From Schmidtea polychroa (Eukaryota): DNA of 64,000 nucleotides. The position numbers were made by a program, and so were the translations under genes. The DNA lies in NCBI GenBank assembly GCA_044892525.1, contig CM097885.1, forward strand, positions 29,390,001 to 29,454,000, written 5' to 3'. Position 1 is the stretch's first letter, and every line of letters begins with the position of its first letter. The notes beneath the pieces are model-generated. The model was not told the DNA's origin. It searched no databases and saw only the letters and a list, made by a program, of their open reading frames with translations. Positions 50,953-64,000 of the stretch are shown piece by piece.

Positions 50953-53113
50953 AGTTTTACTGAAATATGTTGAAATATATATTTTATTTACAAAAATCTA
51001 TACTTTCGAATTAATATTAATATTGAGAGTTAATTTATTATAATGTATAGTAAATTTAGTAAATTAACTATTAAATTTAATCAATTATTTAAAAATTAAT
51101 TAAAGTTTCATTAATATATTAATTTCTATAATAATTAATAAAACATATTTTCTACAAAATCTGAAATTTTTATAAGTATTTATAAGTGTTTAGAGTATTT
51201 CCAAATTATTTTAAAAACTCAGAAACTAGAGGATATACAATATAACATTTATACATTTTTTGACGTAATATTCTATTGTCAGTAAAAATTGATGTTGAAC
51301 GATTGATACAAATTGGAAAATCATAAATTTGCAAAAAAAGTAAAATTTAATAAAATCTTTTTCTGTGGATTTTTTATGAAAAGAATATGACAAATTTAAT
51401 CATTGTCTCTTGTGACAGATAATTTGTTATGCTCTGTTAAAATTAAGTTTCTAAAAATTTTAAATTGTTCTTTTGTATTTATTTTCTCATTTTCAATTGT
51501 TGTAATTAGAAATAATTCAGTATCGATGTTTGATGTGCTATAAAATAAGTTTATTTTGACAAGAATAGTAATGTAATCAAGTGTAAAGGTTCGTTTTATC
51601 TAGGAAATTGAGAAAATATGCAATGAATGATAATACGAGTTACATTGTGATATGTAGATGATAATTTAGAAATATAACGTTCTATTAGGTAACTGGCATC
51701 TTGTCGTGGTGTAAATTTGTTATAATGTATTAATGGTAACCTAAGGAACTTACAAATATCAACTCAAAATGGAAAATTATTGAATAACTGATGAAGTTTC
51801 TGACCATGAAAACCGACTTTTTAAAATAGGTTATGTCTAACGGCCAAATGTGGTTATAGGCAATAATAAGAACCCCAACTTATGGAAGGACATACTACAA
51901 CAAAGGTGTGATTCAACCAATTCATAAACTACTAAATTTGAATGTCCTTTTTATGAATTATAAATATTCTTTTTGTATATAATTTTGTATCATTCGGGTA
52001 ATGATATTAATTATTTTTTTTATAAGTGACATAATTTTCAGTTAATATAATCTTAATTATTTATTATATTTAAATTTAAAATTACCGTGTAATGAATTTT
52101 TACCCCGTTGGCTTAACAGTTGGAATTTGAAAAAGTTTATAATTTTTGTTTTAATAATGCAAATAAACAGGTTGTCGAGTTTTTGTAAATAATACGACTA
52201 ATTTTGAAATTTCTATTAAAATTCAAACATAACCCCCGGATTTTTATTCCAAATTAATCCATAAATAAATAAATGATAATACATCTTATAACAAAAACAA
52301 TAATAATTAGGGGAATAAAAAGTTAAAAAAATCTAAATTTAACTCTTATATAAGCATAATAAAAATTTATGAAATAAATAATTACTATTGTTTGTTTAAA
52401 TAACAATTCATTTTTTTATTGATTTCTGGTATAACTAATTACAACATTATTTTACAGCTTTAAACAACAGGATTAGGACACTTTAGATCTTATACACAGT
52501 TTCTAAAAGTATCTATGATTAATTCAATTTAGTTGATGTGTCACTACACTCACTTATTTTGATTCGCCATAATCATCTGTTTGACAAATTATCGTTAAAC
52601 AAACAAACTAAGATATACCAGTTAACCTTGCTTGGTACGCAAACGATCACTCACACATTTCTCACACATTACATAACTTGATAATATTGTACTGAACTGG
52701 GAATTTCATATTTCAACGGCATTTGGTAAACATTTTCTGATATCGTGTTTTGTGTTCTTTATAAAAAACGCTAGAACCTAATGGGTTAAATATACCTTTA
52801 TCCATAATTTCTTATATTAACTCTTATTGCTAACAGATTTCACGAGGTATGTCTTAAAAATGCCACCCAGTTAAACATAAAAGCAGAAATATCACAGACG
52901 AAAGAAGATTTGTTATTTATAATACACCAGCCTTGCTTAAACTTCCATAGTTTATATATAGGCGAAACTGACCCACAGTAAAAAAGTCAACTAAGTAACT
53001 TGATAATTAGAAATACCTGACAATACTAAAAACAATTCAGTCTTATTTAATAAATACAGACAATAAATTAGCATAGTTTCTATTAAAGTATACATATTTG
53101 TTATACATACATA

Positions 53114-53924
53114 CAGGTATAACTCGGTAATACGGCGGGTATGGTTCCAGACCACCGCCGCAATGCGAGTCACTTGCTTTTTTTCTCTCACTACAATAAA
53201 TAAACACCTTAAAACTTGTTTACACTATCATTTATTATTTTCGTTGACGAGATAGTTGAGACTCGTCATCTGACCTTTCAACGAATCTAATTCTCTTGTT
53301 TGGTGAAGAGTCTAGCGTTGATGTTGGTGGTTGTTGAGGCGATGATGGCTGTTGAATGATAGGATTTAAAAATGCGGGTATTTGCGACACTATCTTAAAA
53401 TAAAACGTCAATGACGTTTGCTTCATTGAACATCTCTTTCTCTCTCGAAGAATTTTAGTGTAGCATATGATGTCGTTAAGCAATCTTTTGTCAACTTTCG
53501 AACCTCTCTCAAAGTTATTGTTAATTAATTCAAATCCTTTCACAATTGTATACAGTAGGCCTACATAATGCTCTAAATCTTTTGTAGGAATTTCTTTAAT
53601 TCAGCCTCTAGAAATAATTTACGTTGCTCATCGAGTAAAAGTAAATCTTCATCTGCTAAATGTTCATCGTGAGATGTTATTAATTCCGTTAGATCTTCAG
53701 GAACAACTTCAAGTTCGTATTCTCTTGCCATATCTACTACCTATGTTGTTACTTTAGGAGCATCAACTGCAAAGCCTTCAAAGTCATCAATAAGGGTTGG
53801 AACGCAGCATGGAAAATGTGTTGATTAATAGTTGAACAGCGCATGGTTGCTGTAAGAGCGCGACAAGCACCGAAAAATATTTTAGCGCCGTATGAGAGAA
53901 GCGCCGTCAAACGAGGCATAGTTG
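53114..53924 (-). mobile_element. Internally deleted Tigger1-like (pogo family) DNA transposon
   Basis: TA-flanked ends CAGGTATAACTCG..CGAGGCATAGTTG; GCGGGTATGGTTCCAGACCACCGC subterminus; transposase C-terminal remnants DDFEGF..ELEVVPED..SHD..LLLLDEQRK and NFERGSKV..MKQTSL. Confidence 0.88.
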
Positions 53925-54549
53925 TATATATATAAATTTGTATAGTGTCTACAAGCTGCGTTAGAAAAGGTTTGCCTCACGCGCATGTTAATCAAATGTC
54001 ATTGCCAGTAATTAAATCGAAAATTCATTAAAATATTATAATGTACCGCTTTTTCTGAATTCATCACAACTTGCATATAAAAATAAAATTGAAACCTTTT
54101 AGGAATATCTTTAGAAATAGTCACCTTATTGGGTACTAATTTTACCAAATTTAAATCTCAAATTTTATCAAGATCATTTGGTAATGGTAGTTAGTCTTTA
54201 AATATTTGTTCTTTCAGAGTCACCTGCAGGGCCGGATCGACTATTAGGCCAATTTTGTAAAGCCATCGGTTTAAGTATATCATGAATTAAGAAATAATAG
54301 ATTACAAAATATATTCCAGTTGGCTACGTTGGAAAAAATCAAATTATTTTCCATGTTGAAAACCTCCTTAAACATATTTGGTTTTGGCATATAGAACCTT
54401 TTACAAAATAAACTGACAAATTGACGTTAATTTCTAGAAAAGATAACTCAAATCTATCAAATTAGAAGATACGTTGAAAATCTCGAATCCCACGCTCTTG
54501 TGATCATATTTGCACTCAAAAATGAATCTATTTTCATATATAATATTAC

Positions 54550-55416
54550 CAGGCCCTAAGAGAGGCGGGACCTGAGGGGCCACTGGCCTCGGCCCCAAAT
54601 CTTCAAAATTTTATTTGAAGAAATTTTTTTTGAAACCAAAATTAATTTTTAAAAATTCAACAATTTGAAAATGGACTAATGATATAACTTCTTTGCTCTT
54701 ATATATCAATTTAACATGTTTTTAAATAAATTAGATTGATCTAAGATTAGGAATACGTCATTTAAAATTGCTTGATCATTATTAAAATCCACGAATAAGA
54801 GATTTTTAAAAATATTTTTAAAAATATACGTTTATTAATGATATGATATTGGGGCCCCTAATTTAAATCCAACTAGCGTGGAATTCGAAAGAATATTTTA
54901 AATTTCATTAAAATTTCTCTACTAAAAAAATGAAATGAAACGGCTTGAAATATTTCGAAAATTTCTCATTGAAGTTTTAAATTTAAAATTGTCAGTGTTA
55001 AACTGAATTAAAGTTTGTTTATGGTGTTTGTGTTTCTATTTGATAAAAATTAATTTCAATAAATTTTAATACTAAAAGAAAGGTATGAAAATTTTTTTTG
55101 GATATAAATATATCCCTTAATTTAATGAATATTTAATTTAGATAAAAAGACACAAAAGTGGAGCAGAAAAACGAAAGGACATTAAGAAGCGAAAAGAAGC
55201 TATCTATAAATCAGCGAAAATCACCTCATTTTTGAAGAGAGCAAGCCAAAACAATAAAGAAGATTCTTTTGAATCATTAATCGCATCAGTCAATGGCGAT
55301 TCATTTGATACATTCGTTCAAGAACATGAAGATTTAACAGTAACAGAAGAAAAAAATTGAATACGTCGAGTGATTTAGATAATGATCATTATTTAGTTTC
55401 AAAAGTCGTTTTTGAT
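54550..55416 (+). mobile_element. 5' part of a hAT-like transposon interrupted by Polinton 2
   Basis: CAGGCCC..GGGGCC..GGCCCC end and GGGGCCCC subterminal motif; KRHKSGAEKRK...KITSFL peptide at ~55145-55240, typical of hAT/ZMYM-type transposase N-termini. Confidence 0.6.
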
Positions 55417-56321
55417 AGTAGTGAGGAATCTATGCACCCCAGCACCCCCACCCTCAAAAAAAAACAGCGCTATTGACCCATATTTTCCACATTTATATGC
55501 TTTTTTACCCCATATTCTTCACTTTTTTTAACTTTTAAACTTTGTCCCCTATTGCCATTAACCCTTAATTTCTTCCCTTAAAAGTAAAAAAGTTCGGAAT
55601 AGATGTATTTATAGATTAGTAATTCCGAGAAAAGGTAACGGGGTGCATAGATTCCTCACTACTTGGTCTTAAGGATTTAATGTTATAAGGATTTAATGTT
55701 ATAAGAATATCAGATTACCTAATTCATAATGATCTAGGTCGCCTGATCACCTTAAGGTTTTGAAAGTTTTAAAAATAAAAAATTTTATGAAATAGTAAAA
55801 CTGCTCTGAGAGGACAGTGGTTTTTTTTTTTTTTTTCACTGTCCCCTCAACAGTTTTTTTGATCCGGATCATTTCAACCTCTTTCGTTTATCGAATCTCT
55901 TCGAATATACAAGCTGGCCAGACTCATACATCAGAATCAATCCGATAATAGCAGCACACCTTATTATTCGCTTCTCGCTCGAATACGATTTCATCGGGGT
56001 TTTAAGCGTGCTGCTCGAAAGTACAAATGAATTCGAAAGTGAATCCGAAAGAGGTCCGAAAACAACTGAGAAATAAATGTGCACATTAAAGAATCGATCC
56101 GGGGGTGTTCGAAAGACTGGTGGCGATAATTACCGGTTCGCCACCATCACCCGTTTCAATATTTTTTTTTCATATTTATGTTAAAAATAAAATAATTAAT
56201 AAAATAAATAAAATAAATAAAATAAATAAAATAAATAAAATAAAATAAAATAAAATAAAATAAAAATAAATAAAATAAAATATAAATCTAAGATACCCAC
56301 ACTATTATTTTCAAATTTTTT

Positions 56322-56409
56322 AAAAAAAAAAAAACTAACCACAGTTAGGATTTGAACCGCTACCCATTTGAACCACGGTGCCGGTCTAGCCCACTGCGCT
56401 ATCTAGGTT
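56322..56409 (-). ncRNA. tRNA-like Pol III unit in the TIR of Polinton 2
   Basis: TAGCGCAGTGG A box, consensus B box GGTTCAAATCC, T13 terminator. Confidence 0.62.
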
Positions 56410-56507
56410 TGGATTTTTGTTATTTTTTATACTGTCACATTATGAAAATAAATATAAAAACATAAAAAATCAAAACAGGATATCCAATAAAAAATTTTTT
56501 TCTAAAA

Positions 56508-59500
56508 ATGAATTTTAATATTTGTAATAAAGTTTTTAAAAATAAAACTGGATTAATTTCTCACTTAAAATCGAAAGCTCATTTATTAAAAGAAAACAAT
56601 CTTAATGATACAAATTCAAAAGTTTGTCCTAAATGTAAAGGAAGATTTCTACATTCTGGATATAATAAACATTTTGAAAATTGTATCGGGAAAAATAGAG
56701 AAATATTTACATGTTCTCACTGTAACTTTTCAACAAAAGTAAATTTCTATTATTTAGAACATATAAAAGAATGTAAAAATAAAAAACAAAATTCTGACGA
56801 TGAGGAATGTCATTCAGAAGGAGAACCTGATCATGTTGAAAGAGAAAAATATAACTGGGATGATTTTAATCATGTAGATGAATTTCAATTAGAAATCAAT
56901 GGACCTATAACTCCTGGAGAATATATAAATAAAAATAAAAAAAATATTAAAAATTCTTTCACTGAAGCTTTAAAAAATTATAAACCGACAAGGTATAATG
57001 TTATAAAATATAAAATTATAATCAAAGCAAAATACTGGCGAGGAGCAGAAGAAAAGACAACACCTTTAGATGTTGAAATTGGAATACCCTTTAAATATTT
57101 ATTTTCAACTAAAGGATTTGATAAAACCATCAAAGAAATAATTCAAGCAGTAGAAGCAAAACAAGAAGAGGTTGAAAATGAATTAGGAGATTCAAACTTA
57201 GTATTCAACTCTTTCCAAACTTTAGTGATTGATTATTGGAGAGGATTACCACCTAATCCTAAATCTTATATTCCTACACCCTTTAAATCTAAAAATGTTA
57301 TAAACATACAGAATAATGATAACAAATGTTTCGTCTGGTCAATACTTGCACATTTACACCCTCAAGAATCAAACCCTCAAAGAGTTTCAAAATACAAACA
57401 ATATGAAAATGAATTAATATTTCCCAAAGGATTCAAACATCCAATGAAACTAGAAGACATTCCAAAATTTGAAAGTTTAAATAATCTTAAAATTAATATT
57501 TATGAACGTGTTAAAGGGAAACATGTTAATAGCAGAGAAATTATTCCAATTTATATTTCAGATTATGAAGTTAGAGATAATGAACCCCAGGATAACACTA
57601 GGGAGATATATCTTTTAATCTTGGAACAACAAAATAATCAACATTATGTTTTAATAAAAAACTTTCAAGCTTTTACATCACCAGAGAATCCAACTAGTGG
57701 AGGAGGAACAAGTAAAAGATGTCTTCATTATTCAACAACTAAAAACTCTATGATAAAACATACAAGATTTTGTGAAAAAGATGATCCAGCTTTAATTAAA
57801 ATGCCTAATAATCCCAAGATGTATTTTAAAAACTTTTCAAATTTACTACAAACAGTAGGAGTGATTTATGGAGACTTTGAATCTATAAATCGTAAACAAG
57901 ATTTGGTTAATCAATATTTAAAAATAATAGAAAAACATAAACTCATGGATTCCTGGAACTCCTCAGGAGAGAAGATGAAACCAGAGAGGATGAAAGCCTT
58001 TCTAAGAAAAAGGAATAAACCTAATAGTGTTTAAAAAACTAAACAATTACCATCTGCTTATAAATTATTATTTAAAAGTAATTATCCTGAACTCATAGAA
58101 TCTAGAGAATATACATTTCGAGGAATTTCAGAAACAGAAGTCTTGAATCATTTTACTAAAAGTATAAATGATCTAGAACATGAAATATTTAAAGTATTAA
58201 AAACAAACTATCCTCAAAATATTTCTAATCAACAACAACAAGAATATGAAAACACTTCCAACTGTTGGATGTGTAAACAACCATTTGAAGAGTCTCCGAA
58301 TATAAAAGTCCTCGATCATGATCATTTAAAAAAGGAAAATAATTATCGAGGAGCAGCTCATAAAAATTGTAATCTTAATTGTCATACTCCTAAATTTGTA
58401 CCTGTTATATTTCATAATCTTTTTGGTTATGACATACATCTATTTATTAAACATTTAGCAGCAAATGCTAAAAACTCTTTCAAAGTTATAGGACTTACAA
58501 AAGAAAAATATAAATTAGTTGAATATGGAAAATTAAAATTTATAGACTCGTTAAACTTTCTTCAAATGTCTCTAGATGGAATAGCTAAAACAATGAAACC
58601 AGAAGATTTTAAAATCACTCGAGAATTCTTGGAAAAAAATAATATTCCTCTAGAAGAATATCCTACATGTTTAGCAAAAGGAATATATCCTTATGACTAT
58701 GTTGACTCGTTTGAAAGATATAATGAAACAATTCTTCCTAGCCAAGAAGATTTCTATTCACAACTTCAAAAAAAATCATATTACAAATCAAGAATATTCT
58801 CGAGCAAATAAAATGTGGGAATTATTCAAGTGTAAAACTTTAGGAGAATATACAAGTATGTATTTATCCTTGGATGTTTATATTCTAGCAGATTGCTTTG
58901 AAGAATTTACAAAATCTTTTGTTCTTAAACCTTACAATTATATAACAGCACCCTCTTTAGCTTGGGATACTTTATTATATACCATTTGGACTTCAAATAT
59001 AGAAGAATCTGATAAAATTATAGATCTTTTAACTAACCTCGATATGTTTAATCTAATTAAAACAAACATTAGAGAAGGAGTCTCTTCAGTAATGGGGAAT
59101 AGAGAAATAAAAGCTAGAAATGCAATAACTACTAGCAGAATGCTTTCAAAGACCTCTGATCCATATATAAAAATTAACAATGAGGAATTAAAAGAAATAT
59201 TAGAAACAATGAAAAATCCTATATTTATACTTTATATAGATGCAACAGCTTTATATTCAGGAATTATGACTCAATATTTACCAATGGGTGATTTCATTGA
59301 AATAGAATCATCAAAAGAACTTATAAAAGAAATACTTTCAACACCTAAAGATTCTCCAATAGGTTACTTTGTAGAATGTGACTTATTATATCCAGATGAT
59401 ATAAAATCAGGAACAAGATATTTCCCTTTAGCTCCTGTAAGAAGAAAGATTGATATCAACGAACTTTCTGAATGGCAAATCTCACAAGATAAACCTCCAA

Positions 59501-60825
59501 CAATGAAACTTCTTTGTGATCAAACAGATCGAACTTATTATCTTTGTCACTATAGACTCCTCCAATTTTATCTTTCACGAGGAATGATATTAAAAAAAGT
59601 TCATAGTGTCATAAGATTTAAACAAGCTCCATTCATGAAAGCTTTTATCGAGGAGAACATTAGGTGCCGAAACATTGCAAAAAGAGAAGGTAATCTTTTT
59701 AAAGATAATAATTATAAACTTTTAAACAATTCAGTCTTTGGGAAAACAATGGAGAATGTTGATAAATATACTCATATTGAACTCCTAACAAATACTACCA
59801 AAGATATTAAGCGTTATAATCGCATGCTAGGAAAGCCTACATTTAAAAACGCACAAGTATTTTCTGAAAATCTTACTTCAGTAGAATTAAAAAATTATGA
59901 GAAAACATATAACAAACCAATATTTATAGGGTTTACAATTTTAGAACTTTCAAAATTACAAATGTATGAAACATATTATAACATCTTACAACCTATATAC
60001 GGAGCAAATATATCAATGCATGCAATGGATACAGATTCAATGTTTTTAACAATAAGAACTCATGATTTACAAAAAGATATGAAAGAAAATCCTATACTTT
60101 CAAATTTAATAAATTCATCTGGAGAACTATTTTCGTTTAAAGATGAAAAACCTTTTACTCCTATAGAAAATGGAATATTTATTCGTGCTAAACAATATTC
60201 ATACGAAACATTTAGAAACCCTGAATTTATAACTAGATCATTTATATTTAAAACCCCAGAAACAGAAGAAACCATTACACATAGATATCCTATATTTCCT
60301 AAAGGACCAGAGGGACAAGAAGAAAAACCTGTAAAGGATAAAAGATGTAAAGGAATACAGAAATCAGTTGCAAAGAATCTTTCTCATCAAGATTATATAG
60401 ATACATTGAATCCAAATCATAAAGATAAAATTGATGAAATACATCAACTTAAAAGTGAAAACCATGATATTCACTTGATAGAATCTCAAAAAGTATCATT
60501 ATCAAATTATGATGATAAGAGATTCATACTAAGTGATTTAAAGACAACTCTACCTATTGGAAATAATTTAATCCCTATAATAAAAAATCTAGAAAAGTTG
60601 AATAAGTTATATGATACAAAGATTACTGATCTTGATATTTATAATGTTGAAATTATTTATCCCGAGAGAGAAATCGAGAAACCTTTATATTCTCAAGTTT
60701 TTAATCCTATATGTTTAGAACTTAAATATTTTAATACTGATCCTGAATATATAAAAGGTCTAAGTGATAAAGAATTTAAAGATCATAAATTAATGATTCA
60801 TAGGTTGGCTTTCAACCATAACTGA
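56508..60825 (+). pseudogene. polB: Protein-primed PolB of copy 2, with one nonsense codon and one frameshift
   Basis: AAA>TAA at 58032-58034; +1 nt in the A-run at ~58769-58776; intact DTDS motif. Confidence 0.95.
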
Positions 60826-60919
60826 AACCAACGATATTTAATTTTTTAATAATAAAATGTCGACAATTAATTTAAGCAACTATAGCAACCTGATCTACTT
60901 TTTTAAAAATACACCCATT

Positions 60920-61516
60920 TTATAAGTAAGAATTCTTTAACCATTTTTCTCGAGATGTTTTTTTATTACTTATAACATTAGCCACCATGCCCTCCCTTTT
61001 TAATCTTATAACCTCATTCTTTATATCTTGTATTATTTGATTTGATTTCATTATTTCTTCGTCTGTCAGGATTCCATCTTCCAAAGCTTTTAATTGAAAT
61101 AAAAATAATTTAGAGATTCCTAATTCTATTGATAAACAAACTTCTCTATATAAACTTTTCTTTTTAGAAGTATAAGATAATGAAACTATTTCAGTTAAGA
61201 AACCATCAGCCACAGAAATACTTCCAAGTATTACAGGTGCAAGAGTAACAACTGGTAAAGTTATGGGTAAAATAACTGTTAATATTGCAGATGCAAATCC
61301 TAAAGAATAACCTATAACTTATAAAACTGTATTCCCTTTATTCCATCTATTTTTAATTTTTTTATAATGCTTTAATAAATCTTGTAAATGTAAGGTTTCT
61401 GATTTAAATTCTTTTACTCTCATAATTTCAAGTTCTGTGGGAGCCGAGGCCTTGGAAGAATAATATCCTGATGATCTCAATTCTGGGTAAATTTTTTCTT
61501 CTCTTACTTCTTCCAT
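60920..61516 (-). pseudogene. YPxL membrane protein, copy 2, with a nonsense codon
   Basis: Homologue of 40323-40898; AAA>TAA at 61319-61321. Confidence 0.85.
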
Positions 61517-61524
61517 TTTAATAA

Positions 61525-62536
61525 TTAAAAAAATAAGACTTTATTCTTCTGAGCACCATCTGGTACCAATACTCGGATATCAAAAGAAACTCTTGTTGAG
61601 AGGATGTCTTTATACAATTCTCTCAATGCTTTACGAACTTCATCAACATCAACCTTTTTTTCATAAAATATTAAATCTATATATTGTACAAGTGAACTAG
61701 AAAAAATGAATATTCTTACTTTTAACTTTATGTAGTCCATGTGAATGAGTATTAACATACCAATCTCCGTGTGGTAAATCATAACTAGTCATTATAACAT
61801 CACCCTTTTCAAGCTTACTATTATAATCACATTTCACAAACCATTTCATTCTTTCATTATCATCATCAAACAAAAAGAAATAAGGATCAATAATTTTTAC
61901 AACCATAAAAACACCCCATTCTTTACTGTTTGTTGTTATTAAACTTGGTTCTTTAAAATGTTTATATGTATGGGGTAATAATGTTTTATTCTGTTCTAAT
62001 TCAGCAGCTCTTTTTCTAATACTATGTGTGGTGTTAATGTGTGTTCCATGAGACTCTAAATTTGAAATTCTTTTATTAAATGATGTAATCATCTCATTTA
62101 TTATATTATATATTGCATTAAATTTAGTATTCATAATTTGTTTATCTTTAGAATTTAATATAGCAGTATTTAACTTTACAACTTGTTCAGTTAACAGACT
62201 TTGTAACTTGTCAAATTTATCATTAAATCGTTGTTCGATATTATTAAGCTTTGATTCCATTGAATCAATTTTTGTTGTTAATGAACTTTCAATTCTTGTT
62301 GTTGTTAAATCAGTATATTTTTTAACACCATCTACATATTTCTTATTAACTGCATCAGCTTCATCAGTTGGAAAAGATAATTCTTTTATCTTGTGTCCAT
62401 TTAAAATTAAATCACCCTTCATTGAATCACCTCTTTCATTAATATATTTATTTTCTGTTAAAGTTAATATTTCTTCTGTATTAAACCCTGTTTTTATTGT
62501 TCCACCACCTCTATTACATGGAATATAAGAACTCAT
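61525..62536 (-). pseudogene. Fibre-like protein, copy 2, frameshifted near 61705
   Basis: Near-identical to 39304-40314 but split across two frames. Confidence 0.85.
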
Positions 62537-62560
62537 TTATTAATAATTTAAAATGAATCT

Positions 62561-63325
62561 TCAAACCTGTTTCAAATGTAAATACATTGAAATCTCTTCT
62601 CCATTAAAATCAATCAATTCTCCTTCTTGATTAAGAATTTTAAAATTAATATCCATTATATATTTTCTACATAAAGGTAAATAATTTGGAGGATTCATTC
62701 TTTCAACTATTTTATATCCCATAGGAACTGTGTTTGAGGGAAAGGAATATAAAACATTTGTTTGTTTACCATTATTATAAGAACCTGTTATACAATCGCA
62801 ATGAATATTTATTGTGTTTGTATTTATTATTTTTATAATATGTTCTGATGTTATTATTTTATCTTCTTTTATTGTTATATCCATAGGTTTAAATCCTAAA
62901 ACTGTGTGAAAGAAACAATTATCTAAAAAACTAATTTTTATATTCTTCAAAGTCATTACACATTTTGAAGTTGGTATATCCATTTTAATTTTAATACCTT
63001 CATTTGTTTTTTTAGAAAGTATATCATTTAAATCTTTTATCTCATATGCCCCAGGTTCTATTGTTATAATTTCTGGTTTATGCCCATCACTAGTTTGAAT
63101 AGTAAATTTATTATTATCTTTAGTTATATTAAAAATAGTATTATAAGCACAAAACCATAATAGCCCCAATTCATAATTTAAATTTTGATCTAATTTAATT
63201 GAATCTTGAAAGTTTATAGTAAACTCTGATTCTTTTGAATTTATAGATAAAGTTCTTGAATATTTATCTGACATTATGTTTACCATTTTTTTTAAATTAT
63301 CTTCCGGAGGGTTGTGAAGCTCCAT
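62561..63325 (-). CDS. Minor capsid protein (penton), copy 2
   Basis: Homologue of the C-terminal part of 38086-39279. Confidence 0.85.
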   Translation of the reverse strand: MELHNPPEDNLKKMVNIMSDKYSRTLSINSKESEFTINFQDSIKLDQNLNYELGLLWFCAYNTIFNITKDNNKFTIQTSDGHKPEIITIEPGAYEIKDLNDILSKKTNEGIKIKMDIPTSKCVMTLKNIKISFLDNCFFHTVLGFKPMDITIKEDKIITSEHIIKIINTNTINIHCDCITGSYNNGKQTNVLYSFPSNTVPMGYKIVERMNPPNYLPLCRKYIMDINFKILNQEGELIDFNGEEISMYLHLKQV

Positions 63326-63358
63326 TTCTTTAGTAGTAAATTCATATAGTAAAAATCC

Positions 63359-63823
63359 TTATAGTAGAGATTCTAGATCATTATAAATTTCTTGAATTAT
63401 AGATTCAAAATCCTGCGTATGCCCCTTTCCCTCTCCCTTATTCAATCTATACAAAACATATAAACTTAAAATACCACATATTTTAGTATTCAAAGGTTGA
63501 ACTTGTAAAGAGTTAAAAGTATAACCATTTGGGGAATCAATCGGAGAACCCCTCAAGAGATAATCTTCAACTTCTTTAGTAGGTTTAATCCCAAAAGAAT
63601 CAAAGTAGATAGATTTCTTATATATACAAACCCAATGAGATCCTTTTTCATTTGAATTTTGATAATTGATTATTATATTCAGGGGACTCTCCAGACTTGA
63701 TAATTCATCATTCAATAATATTTTAATTTTTAAATTTAAATAATTTGCATAATCTTTTAAATCAAAATTTGTTTTTGCATTTATTCCAAATGTTTTTAAA
63801 AAATCTAATATTGAAGGAGTCAT
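63359..63823 (-). CDS. Adenain-like cysteine protease, copy 2
   Basis: GSHWV, YFDSFG, QVQ..ICG. Confidence 0.9.
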   Translation of the reverse strand: MTPSILDFLKTFGINAKTNFDLKDYANYLNLKIKILLNDELSSLESPLNIIINYQNSNEKGSHWVCIYKKSIYFDSFGIKPTKEVEDYLLRGSPIDSPNGYTFNSLQVQPLNTKICGILSLYVLYRLNKGEGKGHTQDFESIIQEIYNDLESLL

Positions 63824-63845
63824 TTTGTATTTTAAAACTTCGTAT

Positions 63846-64000
63846 TTATAACTTCGTATACTTATTAAATTTATCTTTTGAAATTATTCCTTGTTTTAAC
63901 AAATCTTTAGAAATCTTTAAAATATCAGAATCTAAATTATTATGTCCTGCTTTCCTTGCAGCTAATAGTTTTCTTAATTCAATAAAAAGATTGATGGGAT
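63846..64000 (-). CDS. 3' end of the Polinton hypothetical protein, copy 2 (partial)
   Basis: Matches the end of 37686-38063 (LLAA..AGHNNLDSDILK..YTKL*). Confidence 0.8.
   Translation of the reverse strand, partial: PINLFIELRKLLAARKAGHNNLDSDILKISKDLLKQGIISKDKFNKYTKL

Larger units (their letters stand above)
55417..64000. mobile_element. Polinton/Maverick copy 2, opposite orientation, running off the window
   Basis: AGTAGTG terminus; inner TIR and genes highly similar to copy 1, in the same order. Confidence 0.95.

Noticed and set aside
51787..51820. CTGATGA-AGTTTC..GAAAAC-CGAC hammerhead-like motif
   Set aside because: Lacks the GAAA after stem II and a helix III/UH site; at best a decayed relic.

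Overview
Very AT-rich eukaryotic (animal-like; ~36-47 nt GT-AG introns) window that is almost entirely mobile DNA, dominated by Polinton/Maverick (adintovirus-like) elements. (1) 31976-46506: a full-length ~14.5 kb Polinton with AGTAGT termini, an AATAAT target duplication and ~1.0-1.4 kb TIRs. It encodes a major capsid, a ZnF-PLA2-integrase fusion, a packaging ATPase, a pX-like core protein, an adenain protease fused to the penton, a fibre-like protein, a membrane protein and a protein-primed PolB; several of these genes carry disabling lesions. (2) 55417->64000: a second, oppositely oriented relative with a different outer terminus, inserted in a hAT transposase remnant. (3) 1757-15657 and ~19024-30640: two giant fold-back elements with 6.6 kb and ~4 kb arms. 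They have Polinton-like ends (clear for the first, tentative for the second) but no Polinton genes, and carry decayed cargo and 13 copies of a shared ~100 bp module. The most unusual signals are in the Polinton TIRs: a tRNA-like RNA polymerase III unit (A box, B box, oligo-T; analogous in layout to adenovirus VA RNA), a ~370 nt highly base-paired island, and an inverted copy of the terminus a few hundred bp inside each end, seen in three unrelated terminal sequences. Also present: a Penelope GIY-YIG remnant with two minimal hammerhead ribozyme candidates, a Tigger1-like element, hAT MITEs, a TTAA fold-back MITE and (AAT)n microsatellites. All family calls are by motif recognition; no searches were run.
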